From Octopus vulgaris (lineage: Eukaryota): 64,000 nt of DNA. The DNA lies in NCBI GenBank assembly GCA_951406725.2, contig OX597821.1:7502001-7566000 (forward strand), in the 5' to 3' direction. The notes below the pieces were generated by a model that was given only the letters and a program-made list of their open reading frames with translations, was not told the DNA's origin and did not search any database. Made by a program: the position numbers and the translations under genes. This document shows positions 51,939 to 64,000 of this stretch, one piece after another (position 1 is the stretch's first letter; each line of letters begins with the position of its first letter).

Positions 51939-52792
51939 GGTGGTGTTGTTGTTTAGCACCTAACCTTGTATAGTGACAAGCAAGACAGGTATGATATTGT
52001 ATGGCATCTGTAGAAATCTAGTTGGGAATTAAATTTAGACTCATTTCATACGGTTATTGATTTCATTACTGCTGTTGTAGTTAAACGTCTTCAGCATTGT
52101 TGGTGCCGCAGGAGGTTGTGGCTGTGGTGGTGGTGGTGATGGTGGCAGTAGTGGTGGTGTTGGTGTTTAATGGTAGCTGGTGGTGGTGGTGGTGATGAGT
52201 GGGTGGTGTCACTGCTACTATTGTTGTTCCTTAGTCCCATCTCCTTCTTGATTGAGAGTAGGAGCATGATTGGACATATTTCCAGCCATGACCATCTCAT
52301 CTATTATTTTAGATAGAGTGGTTAGAGTATCAGAGGCAATCCCTGTATCTCTAAGAGTATTTATTCTGAATCTCTGTGCTCTGAGTTCAAATCCCACCAA
52401 TGTCAACTTTGTATTTCATCCTTTCAGGAAGCAATAAAAAGACTTAAGTGCCAACCCACGTAGGTGGATTGGCAGGCGTGTAAGAATGTGTCAGACTTGA
52501 CCCGTTACAGTATTTGTTCCAGTTCTTTACATTCTGGGTTCAAATCCTGCTATGGCTTATTTAAGTAGTGAACTAAATCCATTGCCCAGTTTAATATCAC
52601 CACCTTGGCCCTTGGGGCACATTTAGCAGGGTTTTGTTCCACAGTTTGAAGATACCTTGCTTCCTCCCTCCCACCTGTCTGAGACAACTTGCGAAGTGTT
52701 GTAAGTACTCAATTCCCATTTGACTAAAAGACAAAAAAAACGGCATCTCTCTATCTCTCCTTCCTCATGTGTGTATATGTATATATGTATGC

Positions 52793-52832
<40 letters not shown>

Positions 52833-52930
52833 TCAGGAGAATGGTGGAAAAAGACAAGAAAAGGCAACAACACGAGTACATGGTACATGCAAAGTATTAA
52901 TAAGACGCTCAGAGAAGGAAAGAAAGAATG

Positions 52931-52970
52931 GTTGTTTTACGTTTCAAGCAAAGTTCTTCAGAAATAGAAG
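52931..52970 (-). ncRNA. Degenerate minimal hammerhead-like motif in a Penelope pLTR-like fragment
   Basis: Minus strand ttt-CTGAAGA-actttgctt-GAAA-cg-TA-aaa. Stem II is weak. Confidence 0.4.
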
Positions 52971-53499
52971 ACGTAGGAAAGTCCAAAAGAAAAGGAAGAA
53001 GGAAGTATATATGTACATGAGTGAGTGGACAAACGAAAGGACACTCAAGAAATTCATTGGGATTTACATGTATGGATCAAAACAGTTTGATTCAAATTCG
53101 TTGGTACTCTTGAGTTTCAAGCATGATGCTAGTCATCAGCTATTTTGAATTTGAATGAAAGAAGTTGATTATCATTATTACCATAAGGTGGGGTGTGTTT
53201 GGTCGAGGAAGTTCACGCAGAGTTGTGGTTTGATGTTGGTATATCGGTATATTAGTTAGTTGGCAAATACCACATGGTGAACAGGAAATCGACTGTGGTG
53301 GGCATGAAATTGGTCGGGTTGTTGGAGGGGAAGTAGGAAGGGGCGGTATGTGCAAGTACACAGTTGTATATGTGGGTGTGTGGATGCGCTCATATGGTTT
53401 TGCATGCATGTGTGTATTGATGCAAGCATGCACATCTGTACATGAGCATGTGCGTGCATACACATGTATGCACACACAAACACATGCATATTCATATCT

Positions 53500-53906
53500 C
53501 TCTTTTACTCTTTTACTTGTTTCAGTCATTTGACTGCGGCCATGCTGGAGCACCGCCTTTAATCGAGCAACTCGACCCCGGGACTTATTCTTTGTAAGCC
53601 TAGTACTTATCCTATCTGTCTCTTTTGCCGAACCGCTAAGTGACGGGGGCGTAAACACACCAGCATCGGTTGTCAAGCAATGCTAGGGGGACAAATACAG
53701 ACACATAAACACATACACATAATTATATATATATACATATATATACGACAGGCTTCTTTCAGTTTCCGTCTACCAAATCCACTCACAAGGCATTGGTCGG
53801 CCTGAGGCTATAGCAGAAGACACTTGCCCAAGATGCCACGCAGTGGGACTGAACCCGGAACCATGTGGTTGGTTAGCAAGCTATTTAACTCACAGCCACT
53901 CCTGCG
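53500..53906 (-). mobile_element. Full-length SINE family 1
   Basis: High identity to the other copies. Confidence 0.9.
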
Positions 53907-55683
53907 CTGTATATATGTATCCGTGCATATGCATACTCATGTGTGTGCATGCATCAGTATACATGCACATAACAAGCATTGGGGATTGGTAATTGGTGAT
54001 CCTGGTCAAGGGGTCGGTTGGTGGCGGTGGCCTTGGTGCAGGCGGTGCAGAGTAGCAGCTGGTACTAAGATGGTATATCCAATTCGCCAGAAGGGCATAC
54101 CTCTTGTAACAGCAATAAGATAAATTGTACTTCTTGTTGATGGATACTGAGGGTTGTTGGAGGATATACTGATATACCGATACACCAACATCAAACCATG
54201 ACACCACTTGACCTTCCTCAACCAATCGTAGTCCACCTTATGGTAATAACAATCAACTTCTTTGAAACTCGGAGAACCAATGAATTTGAATCAAGCTGTT
54301 TTCATCCATACATGTAACTCCCAATAAATTTGTTGAGTGGCCTTCTTTCATTTATCCACTCAGTTGTACAATTGCTCCAGACTCTGTTGAACGCCATTTG
54401 TGAACGTCTGACCAACAGTGTATATATTCTTTTACTTGTTTCAGCCATGCGGCTGGGGTTATGCTGGAGCATGTACACACACGTACACACACACACACGT
54501 CCGTTTTCCATGCTGGCATGGGTTGAATGATTCCACAGAAACTAGCAAGGCAGAAGACTCACCAGTCCCTACTGTCTGCTTTGACCAAACTAGTAAGGTC
54601 TTTTGTGTGTGTGTGTATTTGTGTGTGTGTGTGTACCACGTAATGGCCACAAGCAAGCATTACTGACATACACGTGATGTTTTGTTTATCCCAGTCTTCT
54701 GGTCATGGGAAAAATTACCTTGAAAACAGGTAAGGGTTGGCAACAGGAAGGGCATCTAGCCCTAAAAAAAAATCTGCTTCAACAAATTTTGTCCAACCTA
54801 TGCAACCATGGAAAAGTGAACATTAAGTGATGATGACAATGATGATGATAATGGTGATACAGATATATGTACCTTCTTGCTTATGGAAAACAGTAAGCAG
54901 GGACCCAAGGCCTTCTTAATTCTTACCTCTTGGCCAACATGCATACATAACTCACTTCTGGTAATCAGCAATACAGCTTCCAGCAAGTAACCACTGAAGT
55001 CATTGTAATGTTTATGTATAAATTAATGGTTTCCTCAAAAATTTCAAATGGATTTGGTTTTAATACGAATAACAACACGCAGCCAAAAATCAATTCTAAC
55101 CAAAATAAATTGTGATAGAAGTACTTATTAAATCTGTTTTTAAACCCAAGCAAATTTCCCACCAAAACTAAATATTGATGCATACACATAAAAGAATCCT
55201 ATGTGTGTTTTAGCTATAATCCATTCTCCAATTTGGTTGTCATTTCTTGCAGATCCTAGGGAGAGTCTCTTAGTTTCAACATGATAGTTACAGCAGAATG
55301 GTGGCATGATTGAGTAGATTCCCTAGAGAAGACAGATTATTTTGGCCAAACTAATGTCATCCCACTTCATTGCCCTATTTTTGAATCTAGGAAGGCACCA
55401 CCAAAAAAGCCACAGCAAAGTCACTCAGCCTGTTAGAAACAGCAGCTAAATCTCCTTTAAATTGCACTAGTTCGAATGCATTTGATTATAGGTTCACTGG
55501 ATTGCTTGTCACCGAAGGTTAAATAAACAACAAAAGCAATAATCAAGACGAGAAATGCAGCCCTGCCCTCATGCTTCCTGTTACATTGCTTGTAACATAG
55601 TTTTGTATGTAACTAGTTGTGTTACATCTTGTGACATTACACAATTAATCTGTGTCTTGTCTTCAGCTTTGTGTGCGACAGCT

Positions 55684-55714
<31 letters not shown>

Positions 55715-55955
55715 GAGAGGGCATTCATTCATTCGTTCGTTCATTAAATAGTTTACCTGTTGTGTAGGTGTGTCAGCTGATTTCTGTGTAGGTGTGTATG
55801 TGCCCAAGCTGTGTGTAAGTTAGTTATGTGGGTGGCTCTGTTAATGCCTGTGTGTGTGTGGGTGTGAAACACGCTAACAACAAATACTGTTGCACACATT
55901 CCTTTATATGTATAGACATGTTTATATGTATGTATGTATGTATCTGTGTGTGTGT

Positions 55956-55996
<41 letters not shown>

Positions 55997-56129
55997 TTAA
56001 TCAGCCGAAATTACTACGATGATCCGGTTCTTGACTGAAGACTGAGGGTTTCGAATGTCCTGTCCGTGTTTATTGTATCGTCTTCTAAGAGTTATACGTT
56101 CTTGTCCATGTTGTATTTTTCTACATACC

Positions 56130-56173
<44 letters not shown>

Positions 56174-56505
56174 TATACATATATAATAAAATATTATAAC
56201 AATAAATTAATATTATGATAAATTAATTACATTATAATATAGTTGGCTAAAGCAATTAAAATCCAAAAAGGTAGAATATGTAATCACCAACCTCATGAGA
56301 TTTTCAAAGGGACTGTAAGATAAAACTCACTAAATGAAGTAAATTGACACACACACACACACACACACACACATACGTACATACACACATACGTACATAC
56401 ACACACAGTGTATTTCAAATTTATGAACTGAACCACACTTGAGATATCAAGAATCAATCTTGCTGATTTACACACATACACAAACAGGCATGTAATTTGC
56501 ATGCG

Positions 56506-59500
56506 TCAGCCATCTTTCCGCCAGTGGCGGTCTTTTTTCCTCCTCTTACCATTACGATTCTACAATTTAAATTCCCAATTCAACTAACTTACTTCTTAAA
56601 TTTCAACTCCCGATCGATGTCCGCAGCAAGTTCTTTAAAAATTTATCTTAATATTTCCATTCGTTGTTACTACGTTTATTCATACATTGTTACGAAAATT
56701 TAACCTTTTAAGGCTACTTTCAAGCCTTCGCCATAACTTGATTTATCTTTCTATCTCTCTCTCTACAAAATTTAACCTTAGGCGAGGCTACCTCAAGCCG
56801 TAATCCCATCTCTTCCCATCTCTTCCCATCTTTCAGCCATCTTTCAGCCATCTTTCAGCCAGTGGCGGTCTTTTTTCCTCCTCTTACCATTACGATTCTA
56901 CAATTTAAATTCCCAATTCAACTAACTTACTTCTTAAATTTCAACTCCCGATCGATGTCCGCAGCAAGTTCTTTAAAAATTTATCTTAATATTTCCATTC
57001 GTTGTTACTACGTTTATTCATACATTGTTACGAAAATTTAACCTTTTAAGGCTACTTTCAAGCCTTCGCCATAACTTGATTTATCTTTCTATCTCTCTCT
57101 CTACAAAATTTAACCTTAGGCGAGGCTACCTCAAGCCGTAATCCCATCTCTTCCCATCTCTTCCCATCTTTCAGCCATCTTTCAGCCATCTTTCAGCCAG
57201 TGGCGGTCTTTTTTCCTCCTCTTACCATTACGATTCTACAATTTAAATTCCCAATTCAACTAACTTACTTCTTAAATTTCAACTCCCGATCGATGTCCGC
57301 AGCAAGTTCTTTAAAAATTTATCTTAATATTTCCATTCGTTGTTACTACGTTTATTCATACATTGTTACGAAAATTTAACCTTTTAAGGCTACTTTCAAG
57401 CCTTCGCCATAACTTGATTTATCTTTCTATCTCTCTCTCTACAAAATTTAACCTTAGGCGAGGCTACCTCAAGCCGTAATCCCATCTCTTCCCATCTCTT
57501 CCCATCTTTCAGCCATCTTTCAGCCATCTTTCCGCCAGTGGCGGTCTTTTTTCCTCCTCTTACCATTACGATTCTACAATTTAAATTCCCAATTCAACTA
57601 ACTTACTTCTTAAATTTCAACTCCCGATCGATGTCCGCAGCAAGTTCTTTAAAAATTTATCTTAATATTTCCATTCGTTGTTACTACGTTTATTCATACA
57701 TTGTTACGAAAATTTAACCTTTTAAGGCTACTTTCAAGCCTTCGCCATAACTTGATTTATCTTTCTATCTCTCTCTCTACAAAATTTAACCTTAGGCGAG
57801 GCTACCTCAAGCCGTAATCCCATCTCTTCCCATCTCTTCCCATCTTTCAGCCATCTTTCAGCCATCTTTCAGCCATTGGCGGTCTTTTTTCCTCCTCTTA
57901 CCATTACGATTCTACAATTTAAATTCCCAATTCAACTAACTTACTTCTTAAATTTCAACTCCCGATCGATGTCCGCAGCAAGTTCTTTAAAAATTTATCT
58001 TAATATTTCCATTCGTTGTTACTACGTTTATTCATACATTGTTACGAAAATTTAACCTTTTAAGGCTACTTTCAAGCCTCCGCCATAACTTGATTTATCT
58101 TTCTATCTCTCTCTCTACAAAATTTAACCTTAGGCGAGGCTACCTCAAGCCGTAATCCCATCTCTTCCCATCTCTTCCCATCTTTCAGCCATCTTTCAGC
58201 CATCTTTCAGCCATTGGCGGTCTTTTTTCCTCCTCTTACCATTACGATTCTACAATTTAAATTCCCAATTCAACTAACTTACTTCTTAAATTTCAACTCC
58301 CGATCGATGTCCGCAGCAAGTTCTTTAAAAATTTATCTTAATATTTCCATTCGTTGTTACTACGTTTATTCATACATTGTTACGAAAATTTAACCTTTTA
58401 AGGCTACTTTCAAGCCTTCGCCATAACTTGATTTATCTTTCTATCTCTCTCTCTACAAAATTTAACCTTAGGCGAGGCTACCTCAAGCCGTAATCCCATC
58501 TCTTCCCATCTCTTCCCATCTTTCAGCCATCTTTCAGCCATCTTTCAGCCATTGGCGGTCTTTTTTCCTCCTCTTACCATTACGATTCTACAATTTAAAT
58601 TCCCAATTCAACTAACTTACTTCTTAAATTTCAACTCCCGATCGATGTCCGCAGCAAGTTCTTTAAAAATTTATCTTAATATTTCCATTCGTTGTTACTA
58701 CGTTTATTCATACATTGTTACGAAAATTTAACCTTTTAAGGCTACTTTCAAGCCTTCGCCATAACTTGATTTATCTTTCTATCTCTCTCTCTACAAAATT
58801 TAACCTTAGGCGAGGCTACCTCAAGCCGTAATCCCATCTCTTCCCATCTCTTCCCATCTTTCAGCCATCTTTCAGCCATCTTTCAGCCATTGGCGGTCTT
58901 TTTTCCTCCTCTTACCATTACGATTCTACAATTTAAATTCCCAATTCAACTAACTTACTTCTTAAATTTCAACTCCCGATCGATGTCCGCAGCAAGTTCT
59001 TTAAAAATTTATCTTAATATTTCCATTCGTTGTTACTACGTTTATTCATACATTGTTACGAAAATTTAACCTTTTAAGGCTACTTTCAAGCCTTCGCCAT
59101 AACTTGATTTATCTTTCTATCTCTCTCTCTACAAAATTTAACCTTAGGCGAGGCTACCTCAAGCCGTAATCCCATCTCTTCCCATCTCTTCCCATCTTTC
59201 AGCCATCTTTCAGCCATCTTTCAGCCATTGGCGGTCTTTTTTCCTCCTCTTACCATTACGATTCTACAATTTAAATTCCCAATTCAACTAACTTACTTCT
59301 TAAATTTCAACTCCCGATCGATGTCCGCAGCAAGTTCTTTAAAAATTTATCTTAATATTTCCATTCGTTGTTACTACGTTTATTCATACATTGTTACGAA
59401 AATTTAACCTTTTAAGGCTACTTTCAAGCCTTCGCCATAACTTGATTTATCTTTCTATCTCTCTCTCTACAAAATTTAACCTTAGGCGAGGCTACCTCAA

Positions 59501-62500
59501 GCCGTAATCCCATCTCTTCCCATCTCTTCCCATCTTTCAGCCATCTTTCAGCCATCTTTCAGCCATTGGCGGTCTTTTTTTCCTCCTCTTACCATTACGA
59601 TTCTACAATTTAAATTCCCAATTCAACTAACTTACTTCTTAAATTTCAACTCCCGATCGATGTCCGCAGCAAGTTCTTTAAAAATTTATCTTAATATTTC
59701 CATTCGTTGTTACTACGTTTATTCATACATTGTTACGAAAATTTAACCTTTTAAGGCTACTTTCAAGCCTTCGCCATAACTTGATTTATCTTTCTATCTC
59801 TCTCTCTACAAAATTTAACCTTAGGCGAGGCTACCTCAAGCCGTAATCCCATCTCTTCCCATCTCTTCCCATCTTTCAGCCATCTTTCAGCCATCTTTCA
59901 GCCATTGGCGGTCTTTTTTCCTCCTCTTACCATTACGATTCTACAATTTAAATTCCCAATTCAACTAACTTACTTCTTAAATTTCAACTCCCGATCGATG
60001 TCCGCAGCAAGTTCTTTAAAAATTTATCTTAATATTTCCATTCGTTGTTACTACGTTTATTCATACATTGTTACGAAAATTTAACCTTTTAAGGCTACTT
60101 TCAAGCCTTCGCCATAACTTGATTTATCTTTCTATCTCTCTCTCTACAAAATTTAACCTTAGGCGAGGCTACCTCAAGCCGTAATCCCATCTCTTCCCAT
60201 CTCTTCCCATCTTTCAGCCATCTTTCAGCCATTGGCGGTCTTTTTCCTCCTCTTACCATTACGATTCTACAATTTAAATTCCCAATTCAACTAACTTACT
60301 TCTTAAATTTCAACTCCCGATCGATGTCCGCAGCAAGTTCTTTAAAAATTTATCTTAATATTTCCATTCGTTGTTACTACGTTTATTCATACATTGTTAC
60401 GAAAATTTAACCTTTTAAGGCTACTTTCAAGCCTCGCCATAACTTGATTTATCTTTCTATCTCTCTCTCTACAAAATTTAACCTTAGGCGAGGCTACCTC
60501 AAGCCGTAATCCCATCTCTTCCCATCTCTTCCCATCTTTCAGCCATCTTTCAGCCATCTTTCAGCCATTGGCGGTCTTTTTTCCTCCTCTTACCATTACG
60601 ATTCTACAATTTAAATTCCCAATTCAACTAACTTACTTCTTAAATTTCAACTCCCGATCGATGTCCGCAGCAAGTTCTTTAAAAATTTATCTTAATATTT
60701 CCATTCGTTGTTACTACGTTTATTCATACATTGTTACGAAAATTTAACCTTTTAAGGCTACTTTCAAGCCTTCGCCATAACTTGATTTATCTTTCTATCT
60801 CTCTCTCTACAAAATTTAACCTTAGGCGAGGCTACCTCAAGCCGTAATCCCATCTCTTCCCATCTCTTCCCATCTTTCAGCCATCTTTCAGCCATCTTTC
60901 AGCCATTGGCGGTCTTTTTCCTCCTCTTACCATTACGATTCTACAATTTAAATTCCCAATTCAACTAACTTACTTCTTAAATTTCAACTCCCGATCGATG
61001 TCCGCAGCAAGTTCTTTAAAAATTTATCTTAATATTTCCATTCGTTGTTACTACGTTTATTCATACATTGTTACGAAAATTTAACCTTTTAAGGCTACTT
61101 TCAAGCCTTCGCCATAACTTGATTTATCTTTCTATCTCTCTCTCTACAAAATTTAACCTTAGGCGAGGCTACCTCAAGCCGTAATCCCATCTCTTCCCAT
61201 CTCTTCCCATCTTTCAGCCATCTTTCAGCCATCTTTCAGCCATTGGCGGTCTTTTTTCCTCCTCTTACCATTACGATTCTACAATTTAAATTCCCAATTC
61301 AACTAACTTACTTCTTAAATTTCAACTCCCGATCGATGTCCGCAGCAAGTTCTTTAAAAATTTATCTTAATATTTCCATTCGTTGTTACTACGTTTATTC
61401 ATACATTGTTACGAAAATTTAACCTTTTAAGGCTACTTTCAAGCCTTCGCCATAACTTGATTTATCTTTCTATCTCTCTCTCTACAAAATTTAACCTTAG
61501 GCGAGGCTACCTCAAGCCGTAATCCCATCTCTTCCCATCTCTTCCCATCTTTCAGCCATCTTTCAGCCATCTTTCAGCCATTGGCGGTCTTTTTTCCTCC
61601 TCTTACCATTACGATTCTACAATTTAAATTCCCAATTCAACTAACTTACTTCTTAAATTTCAACTCCCGATCGATGTCCGCAGCAAGTTCTTTAAAAATT
61701 TATCTTAATATTTCCATTCGTTGTTACTACGTTTATTCATACATTGTTACGAAAATTTAACCTTTTAAGGCTACTTTCAAGCCTTCGCCATAACTTGATT
61801 TATCTTTCTATCTCTCTCTCTACAAAATTTAACCTTAGGCGAGGCTACCTCAAGCCGTAATCCCATCTCTTCCCATCTCTTCCCATCTTTCAGCCATCTT
61901 TCAGCCATCTTTCAGCCAGTGGCGGTCTTTTTTCCTCCTCTTACCATTACGATTCTACAATTTAAATTCCCAATTCAACTAACTTACTTCTTAAATTTCA
62001 ACTCCCGATCGATGTCCGCAGCAAGTTCTTTAAAAATTTATCTTAATATTTCCATTCGTTGTTACTACGTTTATTCATACATTGTTACGAAAATTTAACC
62101 TTTTAAGGCTACTTTCAAGCCTTCGCCATAACTTGATTTATCTTTCTATCTCTCTCTCTACAAAATTTAACCTTAGGCGAGGCTACCTCAAGCCGTAATC
62201 CCATCTCTTCCCATCTCTTCCCATCTTTCAGCCATCTTTCAGCCATCTTTCAGCCATTGGCGGTCTTTTTTCCTCCTCTTACCATTACGATTCTACAATT
62301 TAAATTCCCAATTCAACTAACTTACTTCTTAAATTTCAACTCCCGATCGATGTCCGCAGCAAGTTCTTTAAAAATTTATCTTAATATTTCCATTCGTTGT
62401 TACTACGTTTATTCATACATTGTTACGAAAATTTAACCTTTTAAGGCTACTTTCAAGCCTTCGCCATAACTTGATTTATCTTTCTATCTCTCTCTCTACA

Positions 62501-62940
62501 AAATTTAACCTTAGGCGAGGCTACCTCAAGCCGTAATCCCATCTCTTCCCATCTCTTCCCATCTTTCAGCCATCTTTCAGCCATCTTTCCGCCAGTGGCG
62601 GTCTTTTTTCCTCCTCTTACCATTACGATTCTACAATTTAAATTCCCAATTCAACTAACTTACTTCTTAAATTTCAACTCCCGATCGATGTCCGCAGCAA
62701 GTTCTTTAAAAATTTATCTTAATATTTCCATTCGTTGTTACTACGTTTATTCATACATTGTTACGAAAATTTAACCTTTTAAGGCTACTTTCAAGCCTTC
62801 GCCATAACTTGATTTATCTTTCTATCTCTCTCTCTACAAAATTTAACCTTAGGCGAGGCTACCTCAAGCCGTAATCCCATCTCTTCCCATCTCTTCCCAT
62901 CTTTCAGCCATCTTTCAGCCATCTTTCCGCCAGTGGCGGT
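56506..62940. repeat. Tandem array of 19 near-identical 338-bp units
   Basis: Unit starts at 56524, 56862, 57200, 57538 ... 62933. The span of 6409 equals 19 x 338 minus 13, and the visible indels (+1, -11, -1, -1, -1) account for the difference. Confidence 0.97.
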
Positions 62941-63669
62941 GCGCCCGCCCCCCCACCCCCACCACCAATACCGATGAACACTGTTCTCACCCCCACCACC
63001 AATACCGGTGAACACTGTTCTCACCGCCAACACCACCAATACTGGTGAACACTGTTCCTCACCCCCCACCACCAATACCAGTATACCCTGTCCTCACCAT
63101 CTACACCGGATACGCCTTACTCATCTACACCGGGTAAGCCCTACTCCCTCCTCCTCCCCCCACTACCCCTTCTCCTCATATGCTTTCACTGTGAAAAGAC
63201 AAGCTGCTAGCGCCATAGCTCATCAACTGCCCACCGATCTTACGCTTCCTCCGGACACTGCTTCATTCCGACTATCCCCCTTTAGCACCCTCCCGCCTCG
63301 TAATATCCTACGTTTTTATTTCTTAGGAACCTACACCAACCCTTCCTGCCATCGTTCCTCCTTACCCCAACCTTCCCCACTGGTTGCTCCCCTATATTAC
63401 CCACCTCAACTGGACCCCCCTCCCCAACTCAACTCTAGAATATCTGTATTCTTTCCTCTACCTAATAACGTTACTCAGTGACGATAACGAATGTCTTTAT
63501 TTCTTAGGAACCTACACCAACCCTTCCTTACTCAGTGACGATAAATGCTGTGACTACAAAGACCTGGGCTGCTTTCTGCAGCAATTCCACATACCCCCTA
63601 CTCATTCTAAGTACCCCAGATCCCCAAAGTACCCTGGATCCCCAAAGTACCCCGGACCTCGTTGCCCCC

Positions 63670-63902
63670 GTGCCGCTGACACGTTAAAATGCTCGAACCG
63701 ATCGTGACGATGCCGGACCCTCCGGCCCCTGTGCAGGTGGCACGTAAAAGCACCCAATCCACTCACGGAGTGGTTGGCGTTAGGAAGGGCATCCAGCCGT
63801 AGAAACTCTGCCAGATTCAGACTGGAGCCTGGTGCGGCCCCTGGCTTCCCAGACCCGGTCAAACCGTCCAACCCGTGCTAGCGCGGAAAGCGGACGTTAA
63901 AC

Positions 63903-63935
<33 letters not shown>
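63670..63935 (+). mobile_element. Young RTE-type 3' tail with (GAT)n
   Basis: gtggcacgtaaaagcaccc...ggagtggttggcgttaggaagggcatccagc...gcggacgttaaac(GAT)n, with CpGs retained. Confidence 0.85.
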
Positions 63936-63936
<1 letters not shown>

Positions 63937-64000
63937 TGTGTGTGTGTGTGTGTGCTTGTGTGTGTGATTTATCAATACAAACACAGAGTAGATTATAGAC

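Noticed and set aside
56506-62940. Retrozyme array, rDNA/snRNA repeat or coding repeat
   Set aside because: There is no CUGANGA/GAAA core on either strand, no recognisable rRNA or snRNA and no long ORF. The hairpin plus T-run resembles a bacterial terminator, but that reading is not meaningful here.
63008-63707. 157- and 107-aa Pro-rich ORFs in the linker
   Set aside because: They are explained by C-rich short repeats and show no recognisable ORF1, RT or endonuclease motif.

Overview
AT-rich, repeat-saturated eukaryotic DNA. Its SINE families and microsatellite load point to a coleoid cephalopod, most likely Octopus; this is an inference from recognised repeat families. I can support only one host protein-coding feature: a 110-bp internal exon (37079-37188, +) from the RH/RGS-homology region of a GRK4/5/6-type G protein-coupled receptor kinase. 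I found no neighbouring exons, so most of the window is probably intronic. The rest is mobile DNA: many tRNA-derived SINE copies, 3' fragments of RTE, CR1 and R4-like LINEs, dead mariner and Tc1 elements, piggyBac-, hAT- and Tigger-type MITEs, a 606-bp fold-back element, non-autonomous Helitrons, a 5S rRNA pseudogene and several Penelope/retrozyme-type hammerhead motifs. Three structures stand out. (1) A 19 x 338-bp near-perfect array is joined through a repeat-rich linker to a young RTE 3' tail, making a candidate SVA-like composite retroposon. (2) An RTE 3' UTR built of 63-bp structured units has expanded into a 126-bp higher-order array, and an adjacent tandem duplication preserves the short form. 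(3) A hammerhead motif lies inside a 342-bp terminally redundant monomer. Almost all ORFs in the supplied track are repeat artefacts.
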